Assembly: GCA_965248695.1 (NCBI GenBank)
Contig: CBDFKD010000002.1
Coordinates: forward strand, 2,304,001 to 2,368,000
Reading direction: 5' to 3'
From: Acidobacteriota bacterium
Lineage (GTDB): Bacteria > Acidobacteriota > UBA890 > WLXD01
DNA: 64,000 bases
This document shows positions 15,476 to 25,664 of the stretch, piece by piece. The stretch's first letter is position 1. Each line of letters begins with the position of its first letter. The translations under genes and the position numbers were made by a program. Under the pieces are notes generated by a model, which made no database searches, was not told the DNA's origin, and saw only the letters and a program-made list of their open reading frames with translations.

Positions 15476-15624
15476 GCGATGCGCTCTAGGGCCAGCAGCT
15501 CGTCGAGACGATCCTCGACCTCTGCCCGTGTGATCTCCGGGTTTCCCTCGTAGCTGGCCGCGTAGTACCCGGCCACGTAGGGCTTGAACCACTCGGCGTG
15601 CTCGAAGATGTACGGGCGCTCCAT
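15472..15624 (-). CDS. Small hypothetical phage protein (~50 aa)
   Basis: MERPYIFEHAEWFKPYVAGYY...; ATGA overlap with MTase. Confidence 0.5.
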   Translation of the reverse strand: MERPYIFEHAEWFKPYVAGYYAASYEGNPEITRAEVEDRLDELLALERIA

Positions 15625-15804
15625 CACGACGCTGCTTCCTCCAGGAGCCGCGCTAGCGCCTCCTCTAGCTCCTCGCCGCTCACAAGTTGAGAGGGGTCTT
15701 CTTCGATGGCCGCCAATTGCTCGCGGGCGATCTCGGCATCTCTCCATTCCTTCCTCGTTGCCTCGCTTCACGATGCCCTCCCGAGCCAGAGCCCGAAATC
15801 GGCT

Positions 15805-15890
15805 GGTACCGATTTGGTACCGTTTTCAACCCTCAAAGGGGGGTCTAGAGGGGTCTAAACCCCCTGTAAGTCGTTGAATCTACGTAGATC
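15805..15890. other. Putative prophage end (att-like region)
   Basis: Direct repeats GGTACCG x2 and GGGGTCTA x2, then GTAAGTCGTTGAATCTAC, then abrupt entry into the middle of an ABC transporter gene. Confidence 0.55.
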
Positions 15891-17175
15891 GGTGATCTTC
15901 GCGATCACCGCCAGCCTGGCGATGCTGGCGCTCTTGCCGATTCCGTTGATCATCTTCGGCGCCTTCTGGTTCCAGCGCCGACTGGCACCGCGCTACGCCG
16001 CTGCGCGAGACGCTGCCGGAACGCTGTCGGCACGGCTCAACAACAACCTGTACGGCATGGCCACCATCCAGGCGTATACGGCGGAGGATTTCGAAGCCGA
16101 GCACCTGCGCGTCGCGTCGGACGCCTACCGCGCCCGCAACGCCGATGCCATCCGGTTTGCTGCCGCCATCAATCCGGTGATCCGCATGGCGGTGCTGACG
16201 GGCTTCATCGCCACCCTGCTGTACGGCGGCATCCTGGCTCTGCGCGGCGACATCGGCGTGGGCAGCTACTCCGCGCTCGTCTACCTCACCCAGCGACTGC
16301 TCTGGCCCCTCACGCAGATGGCCGAGCTGACCGACCTGTACAACCGCGCCATGGCCTCGGTGACTCGGATCATGGATCTCCTCGACACTCCGGCTCCGAC
16401 TGCGCCCGACACACCGCTACCCCCAGATGTGACCGCGACGCTCGCGTTCGAGGATCTGCACTTTGCGTACGACGGCAAACCGGCGATCCGCGGAATCGAC
16501 TTCCGCGTCGCCTCCGGTGCCACGGTAGCGCTGGTCGGTGCCACCGGCGGCGGCAAGAGCACGGTGCTCAAGCTGCTGATGCGCTTCCTCGACGTCGGCA
16601 GCGGCAGCATCATGCTCGACGGCGAGGACATCAGCCGCTACGACGCTCGCTCGCTGCGCGAGGCGATCGGCTACGTCGCACAAGATCCGTTTCTCACCGA
16701 CGGCACCGTTGCCGAGAACATTGCCTACGGTGAGCCCGATCCGAACATGGCCGCGGTGGAGAACGCCGCCCGCGCCGCCGAGGTCCACGACTTCGTCCAG
16801 ACACTGCCGGATGCGTATCTGAGCCTGGTGGGCGAGCGCGGCGCCCAGCTGTCCGGCGGCCAGCGGCAACGCATCGCTCTGGCACGAGCGCTCTACCGCG
16901 ATCCGGCGATCCTGGTTCTCGATGAGGCGACATCGGCGGTGGACAACAAGACTGAGGCCGCGATCCAGCGCTCCCTGGCCGGCGCTGCTCGCGGCCGTAC
17001 CACGCTGGTGGTCGCCCACCGCCTCTCGACGATCCGCCACGCCGACGCTATCCACGTATTGGACAAGGGACGCATCGTCGAGAGCGGCACACACGATGAG
17101 CTCGTCGCCCGGGACGGGCCGTACGCGGCGCTCTGGCGATTGCAAACAGGCACGGCGGCAGACAAGACGTGCTGA
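15889..17175 (+). pseudogene. ABC exporter (TMD+NBD), 5'-truncated
   Basis: Begins inside the TM domain without RBS; GATGGGKST, LSGGQRQR, ILVLDEATSA intact. Confidence 0.85.
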
Positions 17176-17229
17176 TCCGCCGGGGGTGGAGCGCCCTGAC
17201 CCCAAATCTCGTGTCTCGGCCCAGAACCC

Positions 17230-17660
17230 GCCGGACCAGCTACTCCGGAAGGATCGAATCGTGCCTCCCACATGGCGTCGCTGATGAGCGCCACCGCAGG
17301 ACCACCGCTCCGGTGTTCCGACTCGGAGAACACGCGGCCGATTGCCAGCTCGATGCCCAGCAGGTCCAGGTACTGATCGGCCATCAGCAGCGACAGCGTG
17401 CGTTCGGCCTCACCTGTGCCCGAGACGTTGAACGTGCGACCCCGGTACGTGGCGAGCGCCTCGAACGCCGTCGTCTGCTCGCGCCAATCAATGGTGTTGG
17501 CCATCGATAGCTGCCCGCGCGCGATTCCGCGCTCCGGCGACACCCCGAACAGGCGCACGAGTTGCTGAGGTTCTTCAAAGGGCAAGGATCTCAGAATCGT
17601 GGCGTCGATGACGGTGTACATCGCCGTCGTCGCGCCGATCCCAATCGACAGCGTCAGTGC
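17230..17660 (-). pseudogene. Internal fragment of an ADOP/MacB-like ABC permease
   Basis: LTLSIGIGATTAMYTVIDATILRSLPFEEP...VALISDAMWEARF, paralogous to 57090-59797; both ends missing. Confidence 0.8.
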
Positions 17661-17712
17661 GGACGCTGCCCCGCCCGCGCTCTCGGCGTCCCGGCTTCGC
17701 CTACGCCGGTGT

Positions 17713-19374
17713 TCAATCGAGGGCCGCCACCGCCGCCGCGAGCTTGCGGTCGTACAACGAACACGATTTCGATCTCAGTCCGCTGCCGGCAACGACTTCG
17801 GTCCCCAGGTCCAGGTGGGGGTCGGTTGCCGCCGAATAGGTCGGCCACTCCGGCCGGCCCGGCCCGTTGGGATCGCCAGAAGTGGCGAACTGCACCCAAT
17901 ACGCGGCCATCGTCGCGGCCAGCTCGTGGTCGACCGGCTCCAGTGGCATCCAGGCTTGGGTGTGCAGGTTGTCGAAGGCGTAGGGAATCTCGGCGCCGTG
18001 GTAGGCACCGAGCTGATCCCCGCCGGCGCCGGGGACCACACGCGAGAAGTTGTAGAGGTAGGTGCGGCCGCCGTAGTCAGCGCTGGCACGCGCCATGAAC
18101 CTGGAGGGGCACAGGAAGAAATCCTCGGTCTGCCAGCGAGAGTTGGCCTCGGCCACGGCATCCTCGTGATCCACGTCGTACAGCGCCAGTGCCTCGCCGG
18201 CGAGCTCGCCATAAACTTGCCGGAGCGCTGACCGGTGAGCGGAGAGGTCTGGATTGCCCATCAACGGCGCCAGGGTCGTCCACTCGTCGGCGTTGGCCCC
18301 AATCATCAGCGGGACCGCGGCAAACCGGCCTTCAGCGAAGAGGCGAGCCGGGACATCAGGCAGCGCCCAGCCATCGACAGGGGGCAATGTGAGACTCGGA
18401 ATCGCCGCAGCCGCAGTCAGGACCCGCTGCGCCGGAACTTCTCGCAAGGCGTCGATTGTGTCCGGTCCGGTCTGCCCGGAGGCATCGATCCCCAGGTCGC
18501 GCACGAGCGTCTCGCCGCGAGCTTCGGCGTCGGCGAGCAGCGAGAAGTCGTTGATCTGGTAGCCACCGCTCTGCGAGATCACTCCATGAAATAGGCCCTC
18601 GGCCAGCGGGGAGGTCATCAGATAGCCGACATTGCCCCCGCCGGCCGATTCCCCGAAAATCGTCACCCGCGTCGGATCTCCACCGAAGACTGCGCCGTTG
18701 CGTTGCACCCATCGCAACGCCTCGATCTGATCGAGCAACCCGTAATTGCCAGACGAGCCGTGCGATGACTCGGCGCTCAGCGCCGGATGTGCCAGATAGC
18801 CGAAGGGACCGAGCCGGTAGGCACTCGACACCACCACGACGCCCTGACGAGCGAGGTTGGCACCGTCGTATGCGAATTCGCCGGTCCCGCCAGTGGTGTT
18901 GCCACCACCGTGAATCCAGACCATGACCGGTAGCGGCTGGTCGCCCTGCCAGTTGGGGGTCCAGATATTCAGGTACAGGCAGTCTTCGCTGACCTCACCG
19001 AGCGGCTGAACGACAGAGGGGTCGGCACCGTAGGCATCGGAGATGATGCGATTGAACTCGACACTGCCGCCGATCTGCATGCACGCGGGGGCGTTGGGCG
19101 TGGCGTCTCGCACCCCCTCCCACAGCTCCACCGGAGCGGGCGCCTGCCAGCGTCGCTCGCCCACCGGAGGAGCAGCGAACGGAATGCCCATGAAGACTGC
19201 CTCGCCTGCCAGCTCGCCCTGGGCGCCTTCCAACTCACCGGCGTCAACCACCGCCAGTGGTCCCCTATCGACTGCCAAGCCGGACGCCCCTTCTCCGGTG
19301 ACGTTGCATCCCACCGTGAGCAGGAGGATCCCCGCCGTAGTCATCGTCAGACGCGCCGCTTTCCCGTTCCGCAT
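17713..19374 (-). CDS. Type B carboxylesterase, probable lipoprotein
   Basis: SEDCLYLNIW, WIHGGG, FGESAGG; LLLTVGC lipobox-like. Confidence 0.92.
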   Translation of the reverse strand: MRNGKAARLTMTTAGILLLTVGCNVTGEGASGLAVDRGPLAVVDAGELEGAQGELAGEAVFMGIPFAAPPVGERRWQAPAPVELWEGVRDATPNAPACMQIGGSVEFNRIISDAYGADPSVVQPLGEVSEDCLYLNIWTPNWQGDQPLPVMVWIHGGGNTTGGTGEFAYDGANLARQGVVVVSSAYRLGPFGYLAHPALSAESSHGSSGNYGLLDQIEALRWVQRNGAVFGGDPTRVTIFGESAGGGNVGYLMTSPLAEGLFHGVISQSGGYQINDFSLLADAEARGETLVRDLGIDASGQTGPDTIDALREVPAQRVLTAAAAIPSLTLPPVDGWALPDVPARLFAEGRFAAVPLMIGANADEWTTLAPLMGNPDLSAHRSALRQVYGELAGEALALYDVDHEDAVAEANSRWQTEDFFLCPSRFMARASADYGGRTYLYNFSRVVPGAGGDQLGAYHGAEIPYAFDNLHTQAWMPLEPVDHELAATMAAYWVQFATSGDPNGPGRPEWPTYSAATDPHLDLGTEVVAGSGLRSKSCSLYDRKLAAAVAALD

Positions 19375-19528
19375 TGGAAGTCCTTTAGTTGGTCAGGCCG
19401 AGTTCTCCTAGTCGCTGGGACTCGGAGCTACGTTTTCAACGACCTGACACGAGTGGCCGGTTCAGCCGATTTTCTCCCAGAAGCCAGCAATGGACGGCGT
19501 CAAAACCGCGTCGACGGGTGGCGACCAC

Positions 19529-21034
19529 TTATTGAACGACGGTCCTGAAGTCAGCCGTGTAGACGCGGCCGGCACGCTTCACCTGGACCCAGATCCGATA
19601 GTCCCCTGGCTGCGGGAAGGCATACGGGAAAGCCACACGGCCGGGCTCATCAACCTGACCCCTATGGGCAGCTGTCACGTTACGACGCGCGCTGGCCACC
19701 ATGAGGGCGCCCATCGAGATGCTGCCGGTCGGGTGCAGGTGCACGAAGACCTGGCCGTCCGTGCGGGTGATGGCGCTGTGCGACAGCATGCCCATGTAGG
19801 GTTCGAGCGCAGCCGGCTGTCCGGACCCGTCGCTCACATGGAACTCGAGCGTCAGATCCTCGCCAGTAGCGATGGAGCTGGCAGGGCGGAGCCACCGAAC
19901 CTCCGTGTCGTCGTCGAATTTCACTGAATCACCGTCGTGGACACCGACCGTCCAAGAATCGTCGGGATCCAGCGGCGGCAACCCCACCGGCGCAGGCACG
20001 GCGACCGACGCCGTGAGCTCACCGCCCGGTACGGGCGGGCTCGGGAGCTCGATCTGGTTCACCAGGGTCTGACTGAAGCCGCTCTCGTGCACGATGTCGG
20101 CGTAGATTCGGTAGTTCCCCTGTGGGAGCGGCGGCACCTGCAGCCGGAAGCTGGAATCGTCCGTTCGCACCGGGTGGACGTGAGCGAAGGCACCGAGATC
20201 CTCGCGTACGAGGAACATGTGCATGAGCTTTCCGTGATCGGGCACCAGGGGTGACCAGCCGCCTTCGATCCAGCGCTGATCGGTGATCGCCAGATCGAGT
20301 ACCCCCATCCCGTCGAGGGTTTCGACCGTCGCCGCAGTGGGCATCGGTTCGAAGATGGCTCGTCGGTAGGCGGCGTCGATGCCACTCCACCAGTACCACC
20401 CGGCCCATAGCATGCCCGCCAGCAAGACCGTGCCGACGGCTCCGACGATGCGCCCGCGCCAGCGACGCCGCGAATCCGCCTCGTCGCCCGGCGCCAGGGT
20501 GCTCTCACGCACGCTGGCCCCGAGGATGGTGACCGCGCCAGCGAACAGGAACAGTCCCATAGCGAAGAGCATGACGCCGTACCAGCGTTCCATGTCAAGC
20601 GTCTCGCGGCGGATCGACTCGAACGGTACGAGCGCGCGGCCCTCGCCTTCGGGGCCCTGGATCGTCACCTCGACGCTGTGGGCGCCGGAGGTCATCAGCC
20701 ACAGCTCGGCCGAGTACAGCTCGCTATCTCCGGGAACGGGCACAGCCGGCTCGGCCGGCGGCGCGCCCTCGGCGCCGACATTCCAGCGAAACAGCCGGAT
20801 GCTCATGGCATCGATCGGCGCCTGCAGTCTGATCGCGATCTCCGCCAAGCCAGGCACCACGCCCGGCGGACGAATGACGACGCGGAGTGGGTACGGCCCG
20901 GCCATCCCCTCGAAGAAAATGTTCGGGCTGCCAACATGAGCCGCGGCCGACGGAGCGCCGAGCAATGTGGCCAATAGAGCCAACGCCACGGCAACGCGGG
21001 CGACAACCACCTTGACGGCGCGGGAAGGGCTCAA
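19529..21034 (-). CDS. Exported/membrane hypothetical protein with His-rich motifs (start uncertain, 21034 or 21010)
   Basis: Signal peptide ending AAA-HVGSP, two TM helices, DHGKLMH, HVHP, HLHP. Confidence 0.75.
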   Translation of the reverse strand: MSPSRAVKVVVARVAVALALLATLLGAPSAAAHVGSPNIFFEGMAGPYPLRVVIRPPGVVPGLAEIAIRLQAPIDAMSIRLFRWNVGAEGAPPAEPAVPVPGDSELYSAELWLMTSGAHSVEVTIQGPEGEGRALVPFESIRRETLDMERWYGVMLFAMGLFLFAGAVTILGASVRESTLAPGDEADSRRRWRGRIVGAVGTVLLAGMLWAGWYWWSGIDAAYRRAIFEPMPTAATVETLDGMGVLDLAITDQRWIEGGWSPLVPDHGKLMHMFLVREDLGAFAHVHPVRTDDSSFRLQVPPLPQGNYRIYADIVHESGFSQTLVNQIELPSPPVPGGELTASVAVPAPVGLPPLDPDDSWTVGVHDGDSVKFDDDTEVRWLRPASSIATGEDLTLEFHVSDGSGQPAALEPYMGMLSHSAITRTDGQVFVHLHPTGSISMGALMVASARRNVTAAHRGQVDEPGRVAFPYAFPQPGDYRIWVQVKRAGRVYTADFRTVVQ

Positions 21035-22182
21035 CGCTGAACGCGCTCCATCCAACCGCCCCAGCTCAGCCCGAGGCGAGCCGAAAACACGGCGATACCG
21101 GCAGCGATGGTCATCCCGGTGACGTTCGCGTTGCGTCCCCAGAAGGAAAACCACCAGTCGCCGGGTTGCGCCATGTACGAGAAGCGGTCGGCCACGAAGA
21201 AGGCGTTGCGGCCCACCGACGTCAGCAGCAAGCTGCCCATCATCCACTGAACCACCAGATGCACGGCGAGAAACACGACGCCCACCGCAAGGGCTTGCAG
21301 CCAGCGCGATCGTGCCGAGAAACGCCGCAACAGCAGATCGATGGCGAGCGCCGGCACCACGAGCAGAAGGGGGAAGCTCGGCGGAACCATGCGGGTCACC
21401 GGGTTGTAGATCGGCGCCAGCATCGGTGTAGCCGGGAACATCTGCAGGATGAGGATCATGCCGATCTTGAACGCCATGTAGATGCCGGCGGCCGTGGTCG
21501 CCGGCCACCGCAGGCCACCTCCCTTGGCGGCGCCCACCAGCAAGAACGGAAACAGGATCGCGCTGACGGTGAAGAACTCCTGGCTGTGCCACTGGTTCGG
21601 TCGTGCCAGGTACTCGGACGCTGCAGTCTCGAGGCAGAGCATCAAGACGGCCAGCGCGTAGGCGTAGATCCACGGCAGCAAACGGTCCTGCGGGAACCGG
21701 TTCTGCCTGGCGAGCGCCATGACCAGCGCCCCGGCCTGGATAGCCATGATCCCGAGCAGCAGCACCACGTGCGGTGGGCTCAAGATCTCGACGTCCAGAC
21801 CATAGGCGGCGTGCCACCAGTCGTCGAAGGGGGCTGATGTGATCATCGCCAGGGCCCCCCAGATGCACAGCCAAGCCCCCATCGGACCGTAGAACCAGCG
21901 CCAGAACCGAACCGCCGAGGCCCGCTTTTCCGCCGGCGCGACGAACGACAACCACAGGACGTGACCGCCGCAGGAAAGGCCGGCGACGATCCCGCCCAGA
22001 TAAATCGCCAGATGCGCCGGGGTCCAGAACGTGTCACGGCCGATGGTCATGTGCCACGAAATGTCCCAGATCGCTCCCACCAGCACGGATGTCGAGGCGA
22101 AAACAACGGCCCAGAGAAACCAGGGGACGGCAGCGGGTCGGGGTGCTACGAACGAGTCGAGGCGCTCCGCAGCAATGCTCAT
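21031..22182 (-). CDS. Polytopic membrane protein
   Basis: WDISWH...TPAH and FDDWWH...SPPH repeats, many TM helices. Confidence 0.8.
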   Translation of the reverse strand: MSIAAERLDSFVAPRPAAVPWFLWAVVFASTSVLVGAIWDISWHMTIGRDTFWTPAHLAIYLGGIVAGLSCGGHVLWLSFVAPAEKRASAVRFWRWFYGPMGAWLCIWGALAMITSAPFDDWWHAAYGLDVEILSPPHVVLLLGIMAIQAGALVMALARQNRFPQDRLLPWIYAYALAVLMLCLETAASEYLARPNQWHSQEFFTVSAILFPFLLVGAAKGGGLRWPATTAAGIYMAFKIGMILILQMFPATPMLAPIYNPVTRMVPPSFPLLLVVPALAIDLLLRRFSARSRWLQALAVGVVFLAVHLVVQWMMGSLLLTSVGRNAFFVADRFSYMAQPGDWWFSFWGRNANVTGMTIAAGIAVFSARLGLSWGGWMERVQR

Positions 22183-22249
22183 CGTCCGGCTCCGTATCCT
22201 GTTCCGTATGTCCTGTTCACTAGACTCATTACACGTTCTACATCGCCAG

Positions 22250-23173
22250 CTAAGCGCGACACGCGTCGACGCCCGCCTTCAGTGACGTCATCGGATCGTT
22301 TACCGGAATGAACTCTTGACCAAGGTAGCCATTGAAGCCGGCCTCCACGATCGCCTCGCAAATGGCGCGGTAGTTGAGCTCCTGGGTCTCATCGATCTCA
22401 TGGCGGCCTGGCACGCCCCCGGTGTGGAAGTGCGCGATGTGCTCGATGTTCTCCTGGATAGTAGCGATGACGTCACCCTCCATGATCTGCATGTGGAAGA
22501 TGTCGTAGAGGAGCTTGAACCGCTCCGACGCCACACGCTGAACCAGCTCTACGCCCCACGGCGTGAGATCGCACATGTAGTCCGGGTGGCTGCGCTTACT
22601 GTTGAGCAGCTCCATGCAAACCGTGACGCCGAGCTCTTCGGCCAGCGGAACGATTCGCCGCATGCCAGTGACGCAATTCGCCAGCCCCTCGGCGTCCGAC
22701 ATGCCGTCGCGGTTGCCGGAGAAAACGATCATGTTGGGCAGGCCCGCGGCAGCCACCAGCGGCAGCCGCTCTTCGGATTTCGCCACCAGGTCGTCGTGCA
22801 GCTCAAGCCGGTTCCAGCCCCGCGGGATGCCGCCCGGGCCGTTGGCCATGGCACAGGTAAGCCCGTGCGCATGCACCGCCGGCCAGTCCTCCGGGTCCAG
22901 CAGCTCCACCGAGTGCATGCCGAAGGACACTGCGTTCCTGGCCAGCTCGTCGACGCTGATGTCCGGGTAGCACCACTTGCAGACGGAGTGCTTGAGGCCT
23001 CCGCTCGATTCGGTCTGAGAACGCCGCGCTGCGACCGGTCGACCTTCTGCGGGAACAGCTGCCGCCAGAGCGACTCCGGCGGCAGTGCCCGCCACGATGC
23101 GAGCTGCCTCCCGTCGCGTCAGCGGCTGGTTGTTGCGCACGGTTCCTCCTTGGGCTGGACGAGTGTCCGACAT
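22250..23173 (-). CDS. Hydroxypyruvate isomerase-family TIM barrel with Tat-like signal
   Basis: TRREAA; ELLNSKRSHPDY, LLYDIFHMQIMEG, HFHTGGVPGRHE, GQEF. Confidence 0.88.
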   Translation of the reverse strand: MSDTRPAQGGTVRNNQPLTRREAARIVAGTAAGVALAAAVPAEGRPVAARRSQTESSGGLKHSVCKWCYPDISVDELARNAVSFGMHSVELLDPEDWPAVHAHGLTCAMANGPGGIPRGWNRLELHDDLVAKSEERLPLVAAAGLPNMIVFSGNRDGMSDAEGLANCVTGMRRIVPLAEELGVTVCMELLNSKRSHPDYMCDLTPWGVELVQRVASERFKLLYDIFHMQIMEGDVIATIQENIEHIAHFHTGGVPGRHEIDETQELNYRAICEAIVEAGFNGYLGQEFIPVNDPMTSLKAGVDACRA

Positions 23174-23247
23174 CGTAGCAAGGTGCCGAGACTCTCAAGC
23201 TACTGCTGACACGTCCCCAGCGCCAGCCGGGTTCGAGACCGAGGGAC

Positions 23248-24759
23248 ATGGTTATGAACCGCCGTCGAGCAATCCACCACCTGGCGACAACTGCCGCGGG
23301 GCTTGGCGTTGCCGCCCGTTGCGCCAGGGCTGAAAGCGCGTTTCGCAGCGAGGAGGGAGCTTCGACCGACCCGCTTCTCGCGGGCTCGTGGCAAAGCACC
23401 GAAACACTGGTGCGGGGCGGGCGGGTCATCAATGCCGACGGCAGCCAGAACGCCGATGTGCGGATCCTTGGGGACACCATCGTCGAGGTGGGTCCCAACC
23501 TTCTTGTCGGTGCCGAGGCGCACATCATCGACGCTTCCGGCCATTTGGTTATCCCGGGCGGCGTCGACCCGCATACGCACATGCAGGGCTCGTTCGTCGA
23601 CGACCTCACCACCGGCACCTCCGCCGCGCTGGCCGGCGGCACCACGACGGTCGGAACGTTCGCCTATCCCCGCGACGACGAGAACGCAGTCGAGGCGCTC
23701 GACCGTTGTCTCGCGGAGGTCAGCGCGAGCGCCATTGGCGACGTCTTCTTCCACGGCTTCACCTGGCCGCCGAGCTCGGACTTCGCCGCGCTAATGCCCG
23801 AGCTCGCCGCACGCGGACAGCCGAGCCACAAGATCTTCATGACACAGTCCGATTTCGGACAGCATCGGTCAACGTTGATCGAGGTGCTGGAGGCAGCTCG
23901 GGACGCCGGAGTCGTCACGCTGATGCACTGCGAGGACGGCGCCATGCTGGAGGCAACGCTCCGACGTCTGCGCCACGAAGGCCGAACGGCGCTGCGCCAC
24001 TACGCCGAGAGCCGCCCCGAGATCGCCGAGATCGCGGCTACCCAGGAGGCCGTTGCGCTGTGCGAGCTCACCGGGGCGCCGATGCATCTGGTGCATCTGT
24101 CATCGGCACGCGCCCTGGACGCCGCTCGCACACCGTCGCGCGCCAGCCTGCCGCTCAGCATTGAGACCCGGCCCCTGTATCTGTACTTCACCGACGACTC
24201 CCTGCTTGGCGAAGACGGGCCACGCTACGTCGGACAGCCGCCGCTACGGTCGGGCGTCGATCTTGACGCGATGTGGCGCGGCCTGGCGGATGGACGCATC
24301 GATTTTCTTGCCACCGACCACGCTCCGTGGATGCGAGCCCAGAAGATGGATCCAGAGCTCGACGTGGGCAGGCTGCGTCCGGGCGTCAGCGACCTCCGCT
24401 TCATGCGGCCGTTGCTGTTCTCGGAGGGCGTCCGCAAGGGACGAATCTCCGAGGAACGGTTCGTCGAGGTAACGTCGACCGCCGCCGCCCGGACCTTCGG
24501 GCTCTACCCGGAGCGTGGAGTCATCCGTGAAGGCTCGATCGCCGACGTGGTGATCTTCAATCCGACGCTCGAGCGCGTCGCCAGCGCCACCGACGACCCC
24601 TCGCGCTCCGACTACACCCCGTTCGAAGGCTGGACCGTCACCGGCTGGCCGCTGGTCACCATCCGCCGCGGGGAGGTCGTGTACGAGGACGGGCGCGTCA
24701 CCGCCGAGCCTGGGAGCGGCAGGGCGGTGGCAAGGCGCCCCAGGGACCACAGCGGCTGA
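23248..24759 (+). CDS. Dihydropyrimidinase/hydantoinase-family amidohydrolase
   Basis: PGGVDPHTH, GGTTT, HCEDG, ATDHAP; NRRRA Tat-like N-terminus. Confidence 0.88.
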   Translation: MVMNRRRAIHHLATTAAGLGVAARCARAESAFRSEEGASTDPLLAGSWQSTETLVRGGRVINADGSQNADVRILGDTIVEVGPNLLVGAEAHIIDASGHLVIPGGVDPHTHMQGSFVDDLTTGTSAALAGGTTTVGTFAYPRDDENAVEALDRCLAEVSASAIGDVFFHGFTWPPSSDFAALMPELAARGQPSHKIFMTQSDFGQHRSTLIEVLEAARDAGVVTLMHCEDGAMLEATLRRLRHEGRTALRHYAESRPEIAEIAATQEAVALCELTGAPMHLVHLSSARALDAARTPSRASLPLSIETRPLYLYFTDDSLLGEDGPRYVGQPPLRSGVDLDAMWRGLADGRIDFLATDHAPWMRAQKMDPELDVGRLRPGVSDLRFMRPLLFSEGVRKGRISEERFVEVTSTAAARTFGLYPERGVIREGSIADVVIFNPTLERVASATDDPSRSDYTPFEGWTVTGWPLVTIRRGEVVYEDGRVTAEPGSGRAVARRPRDHSG

Positions 24760-24865
24760 GACGCGGCGGCTGAGACGTAGCGATGTCTACACGATCAACT
24801 CCCACATCACATGTCGATTCAGGCAAACTCGCGGCCATCGACCCAGAAACCGAGGCAATCGTCAG

Positions 24866-25273
24866 ATGAAGAGAGTGGTTGGGCTAGGCGGGGTCTTCTT
24901 CAAAGCTCAGGATCGCGATCGCCTGATGAGCTGGTATCGCGACCGTCTGGGGATCGCCTCTGATCCGTACGGGTTCATGTTCCGCTGGAAGGAAGACGCC
25001 GCACCGGCGCGCACCGGCTACACCGTGTGGAATCCGTTCGCCGCCGACACTGAATACTTCGGGCCCAGCACGCAGCCCTTCATGTTCAACTACCGAGTCA
25101 ACGATCTGACGGCGCTGATCGGCGCGCTGGAGAACGAAGGCGTGAAGATCGTCGGCGGAATCGAGGAGCACGAGAACGGCAAGTTCGCTTGGATTCTCGA
25201 CCCCGAGGGAAACAAGATCGAGCTCTGGGAGCCCATCGATCCACGGAAAGATCCCTACTTGGCCGACGACTGA
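24866..25273 (+). CDS. VOC/glyoxalase family protein
   Basis: GLGGVFFK, FAWILDPEGNKIELWEP. Confidence 0.9.
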   Translation: MKRVVGLGGVFFKAQDRDRLMSWYRDRLGIASDPYGFMFRWKEDAAPARTGYTVWNPFAADTEYFGPSTQPFMFNYRVNDLTALIGALENEGVKIVGGIEEHENGKFAWILDPEGNKIELWEPIDPRKDPYLADD

Positions 25274-25359
25274 GGCCCGAGCAGGTAGGCCGACTCCGCC
25301 GGGCCGTAGAGGTCACCTGGCTTCCGCCGGAGCAGGAACAGACGATCGGCCCGGAAAGC

Positions 25360-25645
25360 TTACGCCCCCCGGTCAAGCGCGCAGCGCTCACTAGCGTCGC
25401 GACGACTGGGCTTGATGCGATAGACGCAGCGATCATCGCCCGAGAGGAGATGGGCGACGCGCTCCACCTCCAGGTCGTGTCCCAGGGAATCCCGGAACAC
25501 GTCGAGCTCGGCAGCGCACAGACCGGTGCAGCTCTCGGCGGCTTCGCAGATCGGGCAATGATGCTCAATGAGCAGATACTGGCCCTTCCCCTCGCTGCGG
25601 ACTTCCGCCATGTAGCCCTCGCGCGAGCGCTGGCTTGCAAGCGCC
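25360..25645 (-). pseudogene. C-terminal remnant of an ArsR/SufR-like regulator
   Basis: REGYMAEV...EHHCPICEAA...LCAAELDVF...GDDRCVYRI; HTH half missing. Confidence 0.8.
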
Positions 25646-25664
25646 ACGACACGAGCCCGCCAGC

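Larger units (their letters stand above)
1..15890. mobile_element. Defective prophage (siphovirus-like head-neck-tail module); left boundary lies outside the window
   Basis: Colinear minus-strand terminase-portal-scaffold-capsid-neck-tail genes, cI/cro-like pair, MTase; abrupt switch to a truncated host ABC gene at ~15,890; no tape measure, lysis or integrase gene in the window. Confidence 0.9.

Noticed and set aside
15621-15775. Antitoxin-like remnant (SEATRKEWRDAEIAREQLAAIEEDPSQLVSGEEL)
   Set aside because: No in-frame start (GTGAAGC is one base off) and no adjacent toxin; too weak to call
24752-24777. Short duplication GCGGCTGAGACG at the amidohydrolase stop
   Set aside because: 12-bp local duplication with no further structure
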